Shown here: positions 9,692 to 19,499 of the stretch, in pieces
How positions within the stretch are numbered: position 1 is the stretch's first letter
Layout of the letters: the number at the start of each line of letters is the position of its first letter
NCBI GenBank assembly: GCA_964617735.1
Contig: CAZTXT010000001.1
Span: forward strand, 267,589-331,588
Length of the DNA stretch: 64,000 nucleotides
Direction of reading: 5' to 3'
DNA from: an uncultured Candidatus Saccharibacteria bacterium
GTDB lineage: Bacteria > Patescibacteriota > Minisyncoccia > Phycocordibacterales > DSPV01
Translations under genes and position numbers: made by a program
Notes under the pieces: model-generated
Database searches by the model: none
What the model was told of the DNA's origin: nothing
What the model saw: only the letters and a program-made list of their open reading frames with translations

Positions 9692-10561
9692 ATGGATGAT
9701 AAGAAAAAAAGAATCGAGAATTTAGAGCAGGAGATGCAATCTCCGGACTTTTGGCTGAATAAAGAGGAGGCGCAGCGCACAATCAAGGAGCATCAGCGCC
9801 TCAAACTTGAGGCGGAAGGCAAGGGCGCATACGACGGCGGTGATGCGATACTCACGGTTTTCTCCGGTGCCGGTGGCGATGATGCTGAAGATTTCTCCGC
9901 GATGCTGGTCAGAATGTACCAAAGATACATCGAAGGTCGCGGTTGGGGCATCAACGTTCTCCATGAGAATCAGAACGACCATGGCGGGTATCGCAATATC
10001 ACCATGGAAATCAGCGGCAAAAATGTCTACGGAACTATTAAACATGAATCGGGAGTGCATCGTCTTGTTCGCATATCGCCTTTCAATGCGAGCCAGAAGC
10101 GCCACACCTCATTTTCGATGGTAGAAGTTATTCCAAAACTGGAGAAAGTCGGAGAAATAGAGATTCCGGAAGATGAACTCGAAGTCAGTTTTGCCCGCTC
10201 CAGCGGTCCCGGAGGGCAGAATGTCAACAAGCGAGAGACCGCAGTGCGCCTCGTACACAAACCGACGAAACTTGCTGTGCATGTCGAGAGCGAGCGCAGC
10301 CAAGCGGCGAACCGTGAGAAGGCTATCGTGATTCTGAAGGGAAAACTCTATAAACTACGCGAAGAGGAGCGGGTCGCCAAGGAGAAAGGGATGTATATAT
10401 CGAAAACGACAAGCGCAGAATGGGGTAATCAGATTCGCTCATACGTACTCCATCCCTACAAAATGGTCAAAGACCATCGCACGGACGTTGAGACTGCACA
10501 GGTGGAGAACGTGCTGAATGGCGATCTCGACAAATTTATCGAAGCTGAGCGAGCGCTGTAG
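9692..10561 (+). CDS. prfB: Peptide chain release factor 2, shortened domain 1
   Basis: ESGVHRLVRISPF (SPF tripeptide anticodon), SSGPGGQNVNK (GGQ), WGNQIRSYVLHPYKMVKDHRT. Confidence 0.95.
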   Translation: MDDKKKRIENLEQEMQSPDFWLNKEEAQRTIKEHQRLKLEAEGKGAYDGGDAILTVFSGAGGDDAEDFSAMLVRMYQRYIEGRGWGINVLHENQNDHGGYRNITMEISGKNVYGTIKHESGVHRLVRISPFNASQKRHTSFSMVEVIPKLEKVGEIEIPEDELEVSFARSSGPGGQNVNKRETAVRLVHKPTKLAVHVESERSQAANREKAIVILKGKLYKLREEERVAKEKGMYISKTTSAEWGNQIRSYVLHPYKMVKDHRTDVETAQVENVLNGDLDKFIEAERAL

Positions 10562-10707
10562 CTTTGGTTTGTATTATTAGGGCCTGACGTTTTTGTGCAT
10601 CCTATCGAGTACGCGTTTCCTCTTCATAAATTGGCTTTTTCCCGATTCTACCCTAAAATAGACCACATGCCGTCTGGCTTCATTTTTCTGTATTCCCAAA
10701 TTTCTCA

Positions 10708-11388
10708 ATGATCTATTTCGATAAAGTCTCTAAAATCTACGCTGATAATTGCGCTGCGCTCAATGGCGTGACTTTTACGATAGAACCCAAGGAATTCGTC
10801 TCCATCGTCGGACATTCGGGGGCAGGAAAGACCACGATACTCAAGATGATACTTGCCGAAGAGCGGCCTTCATCAGGAACGGTCTTTTTCGAGTCGGTCA
10901 ACATCCATACACTCAAAAATCGGCCTATGAACAGCTATCGCCGCCGTATCGGGACCGTATTTCAGGATTTCAGACTCCTGCCGAATAAAACGACGTTCGA
11001 GAATGTCGCATTCGCGATGGAGGTCGCTGGTCGAACCGACGAAGAGATACAGTCGGACGTACCGCATGTACTCGAGCTTGTTGACCTCGGACACAAGCTC
11101 TGGAATTTCCCGCACGAGCTCTCGAGCGGCGAAAAACAGCGCGTCGCCATCGCACGCGCGATCGTCAACCAGCCCGATGTACTGATCGCCGACGAGCCGA
11201 CGGGGAACCTCGATCCTATCAGTACGTTCGAGATCGTGCAGATATTCAAGAAGATAAACGATCTCGGTACGACCGTTATTCTGACGACGCACAACAAGGG
11301 GGTGATCGATTTCCTCAAACAGCGCGTTATCACGCTCGATGCGGGCAAGATCGTCAGGGATGATAAGCATGGGAAATATATCGTATAG
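10708..11388 (+). CDS. ftsE: Cell division ATP-binding protein FtsE
   Basis: [41 protein letters not shown]; adjacent to ftsX. Confidence 0.92.
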   Translation: MIYFDKVSKIYADNCAALNGVTFTIEPKEFVSIVGHSGAGKTTILKMILAEERPSSGTVFFESVNIHTLKNRPMNSYRRRIGTVFQDFRLLPNKTTFENVAFAMEVAGRTDEEIQSDVPHVLELVDLGHKLWNFPHELSSGEKQRVAIARAIVNQPDVLIADEPTGNLDPISTFEIVQIFKKINDLGTTVILTTHNKGVIDFLKQRVITLDAGKIVRDDKHGKYIV

Positions 11389-11462
11389 AGAATGTAAGAA
11401 AGAAATGCAGAAATCTGATACAATCACTCGCATCGAAAGAAGTTTTCGTCTAACGCGCTGAC

Positions 11463-12410
11463 ATGTTTTGGGTCAATGTTAAAAGAGTATTGAACACAGG
11501 GTGGATCAATTTCTGGCGGAATGGTTTTGTATCCGTCGCTTCAATCTTGGTGATGTCCATTACCCTTTTTGTGGTGGGGTCGTTGGTATTCAATAACGCT
11601 CTCTTACAATCTTCTCTTGATGAGCTCAAGCAGAATGTCGATATCAACGTCTACTTCGTAACGACCGCGCAAGAGTCGGACGTTCTTGCGCTCAAAAAAA
11701 CGCTCGAATCATTCCCGGAGGTCGCCGAAGTAGAGTACGTCTCGCGCGAACAGGCACTGGAGAATTTCAAAGCTAAGCATCAGGATGATCAGCTGATCCT
11801 TCAATCGCTCGAAGAGGTGGGGGACAATCCGCTCGGTGCTATCCTCAATATCAAGACAAAAGAGCCGTCGCAGTACCAAGGAGTCGCCGATTACCTCAAG
11901 GCGAACCCCGTGCTCTCCAAAGAAGGAACGCCCTTAGTGGATAAAGTGAACTATTTCCAGAATAAGACCGCGATCGACAAGCTTAGCCAGATCATCGACA
12001 CATCGAGGAAATCGAGCCTCGCTCGCACCCTCGTGCTCATCATCGCATCGCTAGCGGTCGCATTCAACACGATCCGTCTTGCGATCTATATCCGCCGTGA
12101 GGAGATATCGGTCATGCGTCTCGTCGGGGCGAGCCACACCTACATTCGCGGCCCGTTCATCATCGCCGGGTTAATCTATGGCTTCGTGTCGGCGCTTCTC
12201 GCGATACTCGCCTTCTACCCGGTGACTTACTGGTTCGGCCCACTGTTCTATCCTCTGCCGTTCTTTTTGACGCAAAATCAGGCGGGCGATCTGCATTTAT
12301 TCCAGTATTACATCGCGAATTTCGCAGAGGTAACGCTCATCGTCTTGGGAACGGGGCTTATCTTGGGTGCTCTGTCGAGCTATCTTGCGGTCCGCCGATA
12401 CCTCAAATAG
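11463..12410 (+). CDS. ftsX: Cell division permease FtsX
   Basis: NFWRN N-terminus, extracellular domain with NPL, NTIRLAIYIRREEISVMRLVGA, terminal RRYLK. Confidence 0.92.
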   Translation: MFWVNVKRVLNTGWINFWRNGFVSVASILVMSITLFVVGSLVFNNALLQSSLDELKQNVDINVYFVTTAQESDVLALKKTLESFPEVAEVEYVSREQALENFKAKHQDDQLILQSLEEVGDNPLGAILNIKTKEPSQYQGVADYLKANPVLSKEGTPLVDKVNYFQNKTAIDKLSQIIDTSRKSSLARTLVLIIASLAVAFNTIRLAIYIRREEISVMRLVGASHTYIRGPFIIAGLIYGFVSALLAILAFYPVTYWFGPLFYPLPFFLTQNQAGDLHLFQYYIANFAEVTLIVLGTGLILGALSSYLAVRRYLK

Positions 12411-12454
12411 CACACGTGCTTTGCGATCCGATCGTTTTCTGCTACCATTTCTAA

Positions 12455-14161
12455 ATGCGGAAGCGATCGCATAAATATATTTTCGTGATCGGTGGCGTTA
12501 TGTCCGGAGTAGGGAAAGGTATCGCCGCTTCTTCGATCGCCAAGATCCTCCAGTCAAAAGGATTTCAGGTCAACCCCATCAAGGTTGACCCGTATCTTAA
12601 TGTAGATGCTGGGACCATGAATCCGACTGAGCACGGCGAAGTATTCGTGCTCGATTCCGGTCTTGAGACCGATCAGGATATGGGCAACTATGAGCGATTT
12701 CTCGAGACTGACCTCAAAACCGAGGATTATATGACGAGCGGCATGGTCTATCAGCATGTGATAGAGAAGGAACGCAGCCTCGGCTATAAAGGCAAGTGCG
12801 TCGAGGCCATTCCGCATATCACTGACGAGATCACACGCCGGATACAGCGGGCGGCTGATGTGGGCGCCGATGGAAAGGGCGTCACCCTTATCGAGATCGG
12901 TGGCACCGTCGGAGACTATCAGAACATCATGTTTATCGAGGCCGCGCGGGTGCTCAAGCTCAAAAATCCCCATGACGTCATGTTCATTCTGGTAACCTAT
13001 CTGCCGATTCCCGGGACAATCGGAGAGATGAAAACGCGGCCAACGCAGAATGCCGTGAGAATGCTCAATTCGTACGGCGTTCAGCCGGATATCATCATTG
13101 CGCGGAGCACCGAGCCGCTGGATGGGAAGCGCAAAGAGAAAATAGCGACTTCGTGCAACGTCCCGGTTCAAAATGTCATCTCGGCTCCCGACATCGAGAG
13201 TATCTACGAAGTGCCACTTAATTTCGAACGGGACAAAATAGGAGATCGAATCCTAGAAACGCTCTCGTTGACTTCCCGGGTCAGGCGCGACAGTCTCGTT
13301 CGGTGGCGCTCGTTCGTCAACCGGATAAAAAATCTCTCGAGCGAAGTGCAGATTGCCATCGTGGGGAAATATTTTGATACCGGAAGTTTCGTGCTCTCCG
13401 ATGCGTATATCTCCGTGATCGAAGCGATCAAGCTCTCCGCCTATAAGATCGGCGTCAAGCCGGTACTGCATTGGCTCAATGCCAAAGATTTCGAGAATGG
13501 GAGCATCGATGTCAACACGCTGTTGCGCTATGACGGTATCCTGGTGCCCGGAGGTTTTGGCGAGACCGGCATCGAGGGCAAACTCAAGGTCATCCGTTTT
13601 GCGCGCGAAAAGAAGATACCGTATTTCGGCCTTTGCTACGGGATGCAGCTTGCCGTAGTCGAATACGCGCGCACGGTGTTGGGTCTCAAAACCGCCAATA
13701 CCACCGAGATCGATAAAGAAACTGCGCATCCGGTTATCGATATCATGCCGGATCAGAAAGCGAAGCTTGAGCATGAGGATTATGGCGGCAGCATGCGGCT
13801 CGGCGCGTACACGGCGCATCTAAAGGAGGGAACGATAGCCCGGCGCGCGTACGGAGTAGATTCTATTTCGGAGCGTCATCGACATCGGTATGAAGTCAAT
13901 CCGGCCTATGTTTCCAAGATCGAAAAAGCCGGAATGGTATTTTCTGGAACTTCGCCTAACGGCGTGCTTATGGAGATCGTGGAATTGCCTAAAACGGCCC
14001 ATCCGTTCTTTCTCGGCACGCAATTCCATCCTGAATTTAAAGCGCGACCGCTTAGCCCCCATCCGCTCTTCACCGCCTTTATGAAGGCGGCGGAAAGTCG
14101 CGCGCGATCGAGAAAGCCCCTCTCTTTGCAATCCGCGGTGCTCAAAACGCAATCGGTATAA
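12455..14161 (+). CDS. pyrG: CTP synthase
   Basis: KYIFVIGGVMSGVGKG, DPYLNVDAGTMNPTEHGEVFV, GLCYGMQ, ERHRHRYE, QFHPE. Confidence 0.98.
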   Translation: MRKRSHKYIFVIGGVMSGVGKGIAASSIAKILQSKGFQVNPIKVDPYLNVDAGTMNPTEHGEVFVLDSGLETDQDMGNYERFLETDLKTEDYMTSGMVYQHVIEKERSLGYKGKCVEAIPHITDEITRRIQRAADVGADGKGVTLIEIGGTVGDYQNIMFIEAARVLKLKNPHDVMFILVTYLPIPGTIGEMKTRPTQNAVRMLNSYGVQPDIIIARSTEPLDGKRKEKIATSCNVPVQNVISAPDIESIYEVPLNFERDKIGDRILETLSLTSRVRRDSLVRWRSFVNRIKNLSSEVQIAIVGKYFDTGSFVLSDAYISVIEAIKLSAYKIGVKPVLHWLNAKDFENGSIDVNTLLRYDGILVPGGFGETGIEGKLKVIRFAREKKIPYFGLCYGMQLAVVEYARTVLGLKTANTTEIDKETAHPVIDIMPDQKAKLEHEDYGGSMRLGAYTAHLKEGTIARRAYGVDSISERHRHRYEVNPAYVSKIEKAGMVFSGTSPNGVLMEIVELPKTAHPFFLGTQFHPEFKARPLSPHPLFTAFMKAAESRARSRKPLSLQSAVLKTQSV

Positions 14162-14250
14162 GCTTCATTTTTCTGGGCGGATGTGCATAAACACCCTCAA
14201 AGGTGCGGCATGCTTGCTATACTGGAAGTATTCTTATTTGAGTTAAAGAG

Positions 14251-17200
14251 ATGAAAAGAACCTGGTTGCTCGCTTTTAGTGTGGTATGGTCTTCAGCTGC
14301 AGTGCTTTCGATTTGTTTGGTCGGCATCCCTTCAGTTTCAGGCGCGGCATGCGAGAGTATCACTCAAACGCTCTCGCTAGGGTCTACGGATCAGACCTCC
14401 GACGGGCAGGTCTCCATACTGCAGCGGTTTCTCTCTGCGCAAGGGTTTTTAAACCTCTCAACCCCAACGGGGCTTTTTGGTGATGCGACGCAGGCTGCAG
14501 TTAAATCGTTCCAGTCCCGCTATAGTATCGTTGAGTTCGGACTTGTGGGCGTCGCGACGCGTGCGAAGATCAACGCCCTGCTCTGTCTCTCGGCTCCGGC
14601 TCCTTCTGCACCGTCCACGGCACCCAAGCCTGCCGTCACAACCGTAGTCTCTTCATCGGCCTCTGTCCCTGTTTCGGGGAATACCGTCGCTCTTTCAGAG
14701 GCCCCGGGCCATCCAGTTGTATCTTGTACGCTCCCCCAGCTCGATCCCGGCGCCGAGAACTCTTCCGTGTTCCTTTTGCAGACGATCCTTAATAAAGAAG
14801 GAGTCTATCCCGAGAATCGGATCACCGGATATTTCGGCCCGCTGACTAAAGCGGCCGTGATCCGTTTTCAGCAAAAAAATAGTTTGGCGCTCGTTGGTCG
14901 TGTTGGACCCAAAACCTCCGCACTTCTCAATCAAAGCATTGAGAGGACGTTTCCAGCCTGTGCTTCGGGGGCCCTTCCGATGTCACCGGCGCTAACGCCC
15001 GTGATGTTGACCTCGCCCGCTTTAGGATCGCGGTGGGAGCGGGGCTCGTGGAAGGATATCACCTGGTCCAGCAGTACTACGTCCTCGATGACGCTTGAGC
15101 TCGTTTTCTGCGGCGCCGCCCTCTCATTGTGCAATCTCAATACGTCTACTCACTACATTGTAAGTACAGTCCCGAACACGGGTACGTATTCTTGGATTGT
15201 CGGGAGGACCGGGAACGTCTCGCTACTCCCGCTGGGTGTCTATATACTTCGTCTCCTCGATCCCTCGGGGACTTCGAGGAGTGCGACCGCGTTTGCGCTC
15301 GTGGACACCTCGGCCCCCACTATCACGGCCCAAGACTCGAGTGCTCAATTTTCCGATACGAATAATATCTTGAGCAATGCCGGTGGTGCTGCCGCTGTTT
15401 CTGTGAACAACACCACGGTAAATACGAACACTACTTCAACTACCACCACTACCACGAATACGAACAACAACCCTACGAACCCCACTTCCACGACAACTAC
15501 TACGACCACTCCGCCTCCTCCCACAAACCACCCACCCGTTTTCCAATCATTCTCTGGGTTGACCGTCACCGAGGGCCAAACTCTGCAGTTTTCACCCGCT
15601 GCTTCCGACGCGGATAGTGATACGCTCACCTTTTCCGCGTCGAATCTTCCGTCCGGGGCATCATTTTCCTCCGCAACGCGGACGTTCTCCTGGACTCCGG
15701 ATTTTGGCCAATCGGGGTCGTACGCGGTGAACTTTTCGGTCTCGGACGGGCACGTTTTGGTTTCGCAGCCCGCGACCATCGTGGTCGCCGACAGCGGTGG
15801 GACGATACCGTGGAAAAACAGCGCTTCGTATGATTACGCTCACCCGCGCATATCATTCAGCCCGAGATTCAACTGGATGATCTTTAAACAAAACGAACCC
15901 CCGACCCTCACGACATCGGACAGCTCAACCATTACAATTTATGATGTCACCGGACGGCAGGCGTACAGCGGTCCGGCGGGCACCCTCCCTCTTCTTTCTC
16001 CTGGGCATTATTTCGTCGAGAGCGCGACTGATCGGTCGGAGTTTCTTATCCTACCGAGCGACTACCGTACCTCTACCTTTTTGGGATTTACGGGGGCTGC
16101 GTTCGCCACGGGTTGGACGTTCCCCAAAGATGTCGCCACCTTGGCGAAGATGCAATGGGCGAGGGTGAGCGTTACCTGGTTGGATGCCGAAACTTCGGCT
16201 GGTACATTCGACTGGACTATTGCAGACGCGCGGATGCAGGCAAATGCTGATCGAGATATGATCCTTCTGCTTACGGGAGAATACGCACCCTCATGGGCGC
16301 AAGGTTCTCAAGTAGCAGATCGTTTCGCGGAGTTTGTTACCGCGGTGCTCAATCGATATCGAACGCTCTATCCCGGTAGAATCAAAGGAATCGAATTTAC
16401 TAATGAACCGTACTGTTGCGGTTACGACGGTACGCCAACCTTTAGTCAGTACCCGTACAGTCAGATTGCGACAGCGTATACCGCCTTCATTCAGAAGGCC
16501 TATCAAGCGCTGAAAGCGATAGACCCGTCGATCATGGCAGTTGCCCCCTCTTTTCAGGGAGCGATTATACCTGATCTTCGAAACCTAAGCGCGGCCGGAG
16601 CCGGACAGTACATCGATATGGTGATGTGGCATGATTATTGGCTCGGGTATGGTTGGCCGGATGAAGGTCAGCCGAATTATGATTTTGATTCGCCGCGCAC
16701 TGATCAGGTCATAGAAAAGATCAAACAGCTTTTTCCCGGGAAGCTCTTGGGTGTCGATGAGGTGGGGATGACCGGTTTGAGTGCTTTAGGAGTTCCGTAC
16801 GCCCCGTATTCGTCCGGATGCGGAGAAAATGTTGCAAATGACGGGAGGGGATTGTGGCGCTCGGACACCTGGTATGCAGGAATGAACAAGCTGGTGAAAT
16901 TCGTAGTAATGGAAAAAGGAGGCGGCCTTGGCGTTCTCATCCCGCACATCTTCAATGCATACAATCCCGATTGTGCGTGGGCTGGGTGGGAAGGCGCGAG
17001 CGGCTTAGACTCGCCGATCGGCATCAAGCCCCAAACCTCGGCATTTTTGATGACTGGACAGTGGCTGGAAGGCGCATCGTTTGTGCAGGAGAGCGTACTC
17101 AACGGCGCCCAAACGTTTTTGTATGCCTTCAACCGGCAGAACGGCGACGCGCTCGTCGTCGCATGGGCGACCCATGGCCATACGTTTGGCCTCCAGCAGG

Positions 17201-17340
17201 TCGCGAACGCTTCCGCCGCCAATGTCTTCGGTACGACATATACGCCGGTGAAGTTGACCGAGGAACCGATATTCTTTACCTCGCAGAGTATGTCCGCGTC
17301 GAACCTCCTCAGTGCGGTGGCGTCAGCGCTTGCTCCCTAG
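14251..17340 (+). CDS. Secreted protein: two peptidoglycan-binding domains, Thr/Asn linker, Ig-like (He_PIG) domain, clan-A (GH5/GH39-like) glycoside hydrolase
   Basis: Signal peptide; TGLFGDATQAAVKSFQ and TGYFGPLTKAAVIRFQ...GRVGPKT; LTFSASNLPSGASF; catalytic IEFTNEP and GVDEVG motifs. Confidence 0.8.
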   Translation: MKRTWLLAFSVVWSSAAVLSICLVGIPSVSGAACESITQTLSLGSTDQTSDGQVSILQRFLSAQGFLNLSTPTGLFGDATQAAVKSFQSRYSIVEFGLVGVATRAKINALLCLSAPAPSAPSTAPKPAVTTVVSSSASVPVSGNTVALSEAPGHPVVSCTLPQLDPGAENSSVFLLQTILNKEGVYPENRITGYFGPLTKAAVIRFQQKNSLALVGRVGPKTSALLNQSIERTFPACASGALPMSPALTPVMLTSPALGSRWERGSWKDITWSSSTTSSMTLELVFCGAALSLCNLNTSTHYIVSTVPNTGTYSWIVGRTGNVSLLPLGVYILRLLDPSGTSRSATAFALVDTSAPTITAQDSSAQFSDTNNILSNAGGAAAVSVNNTTVNTNTTSTTTTTTNTNNNPTNPTSTTTTTTTPPPPTNHPPVFQSFSGLTVTEGQTLQFSPAASDADSDTLTFSASNLPSGASFSSATRTFSWTPDFGQSGSYAVNFSVSDGHVLVSQPATIVVADSGGTIPWKNSASYDYAHPRISFSPRFNWMIFKQNEPPTLTTSDSSTITIYDVTGRQAYSGPAGTLPLLSPGHYFVESATDRSEFLILPSDYRTSTFLGFTGAAFATGWTFPKDVATLAKMQWARVSVTWLDAETSAGTFDWTIADARMQANADRDMILLLTGEYAPSWAQGSQVADRFAEFVTAVLNRYRTLYPGRIKGIEFTNEPYCCGYDGTPTFSQYPYSQIATAYTAFIQKAYQALKAIDPSIMAVAPSFQGAIIPDLRNLSAAGAGQYIDMVMWHDYWLGYGWPDEGQPNYDFDSPRTDQVIEKIKQLFPGKLLGVDEVGMTGLSALGVPYAPYSSGCGENVANDGRGLWRSDTWYAGMNKLVKFVVMEKGGGLGVLIPHIFNAYNPDCAWAGWEGASGLDSPIGIKPQTSAFLMTGQWLEGASFVQESVLNGAQTFLYAFNRQNGDALVVAWATHGHTFGLQQVANASAANVFGTTYTPVKLTEEPIFFTSQSMSASNLLSAVASALAP

Positions 17341-17379
17341 ATGGTTGCGTTCGCCTCGGTTGCGCCGTAGGATGATCGT

Positions 17380-17658
17380 ATGGCTGTAGTAAAAAAGAAG
17401 ATCCATCCGCAGTATTTTGATCTTGTGGCAAAAGGGAAAAAGCGGTTTGAGTTCCGCATTGCAGATTTTGACGTGAAAGAGGGCGACATGCTTGTTCTAG
17501 AGGAGTGGGATCCGGATGTAAAAAAATATACCGGCAGAAGTTTAATTAAAAAGGTGGGATACACCCTTAAATTGACTATCGACGATCTTGCCAGGCAATT
17601 TGGTCAACAGAAAGAACTTCTTGAGAAAAACGGTTTCTACGTCATCCAGCTCGACTGA
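17380..17658 (+). CDS. DUF3850/ASCH (PUA-like) domain protein
   Basis: KKIHPQYFDLVAKGKKRFEFR.ADFDVKEGD.LVLEEWD...YTGR. Confidence 0.85.
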   Translation: MAVVKKKIHPQYFDLVAKGKKRFEFRIADFDVKEGDMLVLEEWDPDVKKYTGRSLIKKVGYTLKLTIDDLARQFGQQKELLEKNGFYVIQLD

Positions 17659-17737
17659 TCGTGCTTGAAGAAAGCTGACTTTTCTAGTATTTTGATACTG
17701 CCTCTCCGGAGGCAGTTTGTTTCTTTACGTTTTTCTT

Positions 17738-17808
17738 TGCGGGGTCATCTAATGGTAGGATACATGACTCTGAATCATGTCATCTTGGTTCGAATCCAAG
17801 CCCCGCAG
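17738..17808 (+). tRNA. tRNA-Gln (CTG), CCA not encoded
   Basis: TGCGGGG/CCCCGCA acceptor, CATGA-CTCTGAA-TCATG anticodon arm, CTTGG-TTCGAAT-CCAAG T-arm. Confidence 0.95.
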
Positions 17809-17941
17809 AAATTAGCCGCAGAGTAATTTCTGCGGGGCTTGGATAGATAGGGGTCGGGAAAGAATGTTCTTTCCCGACGAGGAAGGCAGGAGCGGAGCGA
17901 CGTTGGAAAACCGTGGGTTTCCAAAAATCCTTGCCCCGCAG
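17809..17941. repeat. tRNA-associated palindromic element (tRNA-Gln)
   Basis: 21-bp perfect inverted repeat 17794-17814/17824-17844; hairpins 17853-17878 and 17903-17924; GAGCGGAGCGA; direct repeat of the tRNA 3' end at 17926-17941 (14/16). Confidence 0.8.
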
Positions 17942-17973
17942 TCATTGAGATAGATTTGGATTCCGAGGAGCTT

Positions 17974-18684
17974 ATGAATTGGCATTTAAATAAAGACTCA
18001 AAGGTAGATTGCATATGTGTTCGGGGAGTAGCTATTACTCTTTTTCTAATCTGGTGTTTACTCACAGCACATATTTTTTATCTCAGATTAGTCCCACAAG
18101 TGGATGGTGTAACCATAACTAGACAGGACCCACATCGTCTTGTAGCCCAGATGGGACCTTACTCTGTTGAGGTTACTGGAGGAAATATTCAGCCAGATCA
18201 AATCCAAGTGTCTCAACTGAAATCGCAGGTCGATTCTGCTTTGTTGGAGCTTGATAATGCAAACTCTTTTCCTTTTATTGCAAAATGGTTATTGAAGTAC
18301 GATATAGACGTCTTTCTTAGAAGCTCTCAAATCGAAGATTCACAAAAGCAAATCAATTCATATGTTAGTTGTAATGGTGTTTCAGCCACACGCGATATTG
18401 TATTTTCGAGAAAAAGTATTTCTTTAGAAGACTTCCAGTTGGAACTTAAAAATTCTCTTCCCAATATTCTAAATAGTTGTGCCGTAAATGTTCAGAATGT
18501 TGACAATTCTGCATTACCAGAGAAATACGTGGTCGATGAAACATACGGATTCACCGTAAGTCCTGCCTTAAATAATTATTTTATTCTGTTGTTAATTGTT
18601 TTTCTCGGCTCTTCCGCAATTCTTCCTATCTTGAGAGAAAGTATTCGCTTCTTTAAAAGTGGCTTCTATTATTTTAAAGAATAA
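17974..18684 (+). CDS. Hypothetical two-TM membrane protein, AT-rich
   Basis: Long ORF directly after the tRNA-Gln element, TM helices at both ends; start uncertain (TTG 17956 or ATG 17974). Confidence 0.65.
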   Translation: MNWHLNKDSKVDCICVRGVAITLFLIWCLLTAHIFYLRLVPQVDGVTITRQDPHRLVAQMGPYSVEVTGGNIQPDQIQVSQLKSQVDSALLELDNANSFPFIAKWLLKYDIDVFLRSSQIEDSQKQINSYVSCNGVSATRDIVFSRKSISLEDFQLELKNSLPNILNSCAVNVQNVDNSALPEKYVVDETYGFTVSPALNNYFILLLIVFLGSSAILPILRESIRFFKSGFYYFKE

Positions 18685-18815
18685 CTATTCCGAGGAACAT
18701 CGAAATAGTGAACTAAAAAGCGTCACAAAAGCCTTATGGGGCTTGACGGCATAATTTACGAGACCGAGGAGGTCAGCTAGTTTGAGCTGTGCTCGAGTCG
18801 TATTAAAATTATTAC

Positions 18816-19292
18816 ATGCCACACATCCACGAAAATATCGATTTTACGGTGGAAGTCCTTTTGGTATATAAAGACCGAATTCTATTGAGGTTGCACGACA
18901 AATACAATAAGTGGCTCTCTGTCGGTGGCCACGTTGAGCTCAACGAAGATCCTGTCGAGGCGGCAGTTCGGGAGGTGCGGGAGGAGGTGGGTATATCAGA
19001 GATTCAAATTTGGCAAGGCCACATCAAGTATCCTTTACCGGCCTCTGTCGCAAGAGGATACAAGGAGTTAATCCCACCGGTATTTTTGAACAGACACAAT
19101 ATTTCAGATTCGCACGAACATATAACATTCGTGTATTTTGCTTCGTGCGATACGGATAAAGTTGTTGAGCAGGAATCAGAAAAGAGCGGAGGATGGAAGT
19201 GGTGCACTGCCGAAGAACTAGATAACCTCCCAAGTCTCTCAAAACATATGAAGCACTACGCACTCGCGGCTTTGAAAGCACTGAAAAATTAG
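18816..19292 (+). CDS. NUDIX hydrolase
   Basis: Nudix box GGHVELNEDPVEAAVREVREEVG. Confidence 0.92.
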   Translation: MPHIHENIDFTVEVLLVYKDRILLRLHDKYNKWLSVGGHVELNEDPVEAAVREVREEVGISEIQIWQGHIKYPLPASVARGYKELIPPVFLNRHNISDSHEHITFVYFASCDTDKVVEQESEKSGGWKWCTAEELDNLPSLSKHMKHYALAALKALKN

Positions 19293-19499
19293 AGCGCTCG
19301 AGTCCCGTCGTTTGAAGATGGAGAAATGCGGCTAAACCGTCAAGACTGGCTTGCCCTGTTACGGTTCTAGCTCAAGCCGTCCAGTAAGTGACTTTTTCAC
19401 CATACGCGTTATAGTGAAAAAGATACTCGTTGGATTTTGATTCGAACCCTGAACCTAGGTTTGCTATAATAAAATCCTAATAATCTAATACTTACTACT

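Noticed and set aside
15400-15525. AAC/ACN-rich tract considered as a DGR template repeat or tandem array
   Set aside because: It is an in-frame Thr/Asn/Pro linker with no similarity to the 40441-40560 scaffold.
18738-18800. GGGGCT start suggesting tmRNA or another housekeeping RNA
   Set aside because: No GAYTCGAC-like 5' motif, no T-arm/CCA 3' end and no tag reading frame found.
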